From Thermoplasmata archaeon (GTDB lineage: Archaea; Thermoplasmatota; Thermoplasmata; Lutacidiplasmatales; UBA184): DNA of 64,000 nucleotides. Within the stretch, counting starts at the first letter, position 1. Every line of letters begins with the position of its first letter. The notes beneath the pieces were generated by a model, which saw only the letters and a list, made by a program, of their open reading frames with translations, had not been told where the DNA came from and did not search any database. Positions 63,535 through 64,000 of the stretch are shown one piece after another. Position numbers and translations under genes: made by a program. The DNA lies in NCBI GenBank assembly GCA_030038095.1, contig JASHPK010000017.1, forward strand, positions 8,689-72,688, written 5' to 3'.

Positions 63535-64000
63535 ATGCAGGGGAAGCCGCGCTCCGCGGTGCGCCCCGCCCGGGGGCCCGGGGACCTAAGACTCGCCTCC
63601 GAGCTCATCCGGGAGTATGCCGAGAGCCTCGCGTTCCGCCTCGACTTCCAGGACTTCACCGCCGAGCTCGAGGAGTTCCCAGGACACTACGCCCCTCCTT
63701 CAGGCGAGATCCTGATCGCGAGGGTCGAAGGCGCAGCGGCCGGGGTGGTCGGACTCCGGGCGTTCGACGAGCAGACCTCCGAGATGAAGCGCCTCTACGT
63801 GCGGCCCGGATTCCGGGGACATGGGATCGGCCGCGAGCTCGCCGAGGCGATCGTCCTCGTGGCGCGGGACCGGGGCTACCGGACGATGCTCCTCGACACG
63901 GTTCCCTCGATGACGGACGCGATCTCGCTCTATCGCTCGCTCGGGTTCGTCGAGGTGCCGCCGTACCGGTTCAACCCGATCCCGGGGGCGGTCTTCCTTC
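63535..64000 (+). CDS. GNAT-family N-acetyltransferase (3' end beyond the window)
   Basis: ATG 63535 opens a frame with no stop through the window end at 64000 (last complete codon ends 63999). It reads MQGKPRSAVRPARGPGDLRLASELIREYAESL...EMKRLYVRPGFRGHGIGRELAEAIV...YRSLGFVEV, which carries the acetyl-CoA motif R-x-x-G-x-G. Confidence 0.65.
   Translation, partial: MQGKPRSAVRPARGPGDLRLASELIREYAESLAFRLDFQDFTAELEEFPGHYAPPSGEILIARVEGAAAGVVGLRAFDEQTSEMKRLYVRPGFRGHGIGRELAEAIVLVARDRGYRTMLLDTVPSMTDAISLYRSLGFVEVPPYRFNPIPGAVFL

Noticed and set aside
1-64000. Scan for CRISPR arrays, long tandem or inverted repeats, IS elements, transposases, integrases, rRNA, RNase P RNA (GAGGAAAGTCC-type CR-I) and SRP RNA.
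   Set aside because: None were recognised by eye on either strand. A computational repeat and covariance-model scan would be needed to exclude short or degenerate instances.

Overview
This is a gene-dense, high-GC fragment of an archaeal chromosome. The archaeal assignment rests on TBP, Orc1/Cdc6, an archaeal class-I CCA-adding enzyme, an archaeal-type GluRS, RNase P protein Rpp21, Tsr3, TATA-like boxes about 25-30 nt upstream of several start codons, and tRNA genes without encoded CCA. No finer lineage can be called from the sequence alone. I support about 70 protein genes, 4 tRNA genes and 2 pseudogenes. I saw no rRNA, CRISPR array, transposase or integrase. Most of the window is housekeeping or generic metabolism: tmk, lipA, cca, gltX, a class I aldolase, dps, msrB, ribA, asnA, two ABC systems, MFS and CDF transporters, and many SAM methyltransferases. 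Four things stand out. (1) At 20.0-29.0 kb there is a tightly coupled seven-gene operon. It encodes a four-subunit ATP-dependent (class I) benzoyl-CoA-reductase-like enzyme plus Dch-, Had- and Oah-like ring-processing enzymes, flanked by a Bat-type HTH regulator and an extra crotonase. (2) This operon sits in a stretch of about 16 kb (about 15.0-31.4 kb) that looks lower in GC by hand counts, contains two decayed genes, and ends at the 3' end of tRNA-Leu(CAA). (3) At 40.16-40.45 kb there is a tandem tRNA-Gln(CTG)/tRNA-Leu(TAG) pair that folds only if non-canonical introns are removed: position 59/60 of the T-loop in both, plus a D-loop intron in tRNA-Leu. (4) Several small accessory genes are notable: a GG-terminated small protein next to a THUMP-less ThiI-like PP-loop enzyme, a CGC/Pro-rich glycoprotein-like anchor protein, a classical tandem C2H2 zinc-finger protein, and a 54-aa ribbon-helix-helix sORF below the ORF-track cut-off. 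All family calls come from reading motifs by eye. No database search was run, and start codons in this GC-rich DNA are often uncertain.
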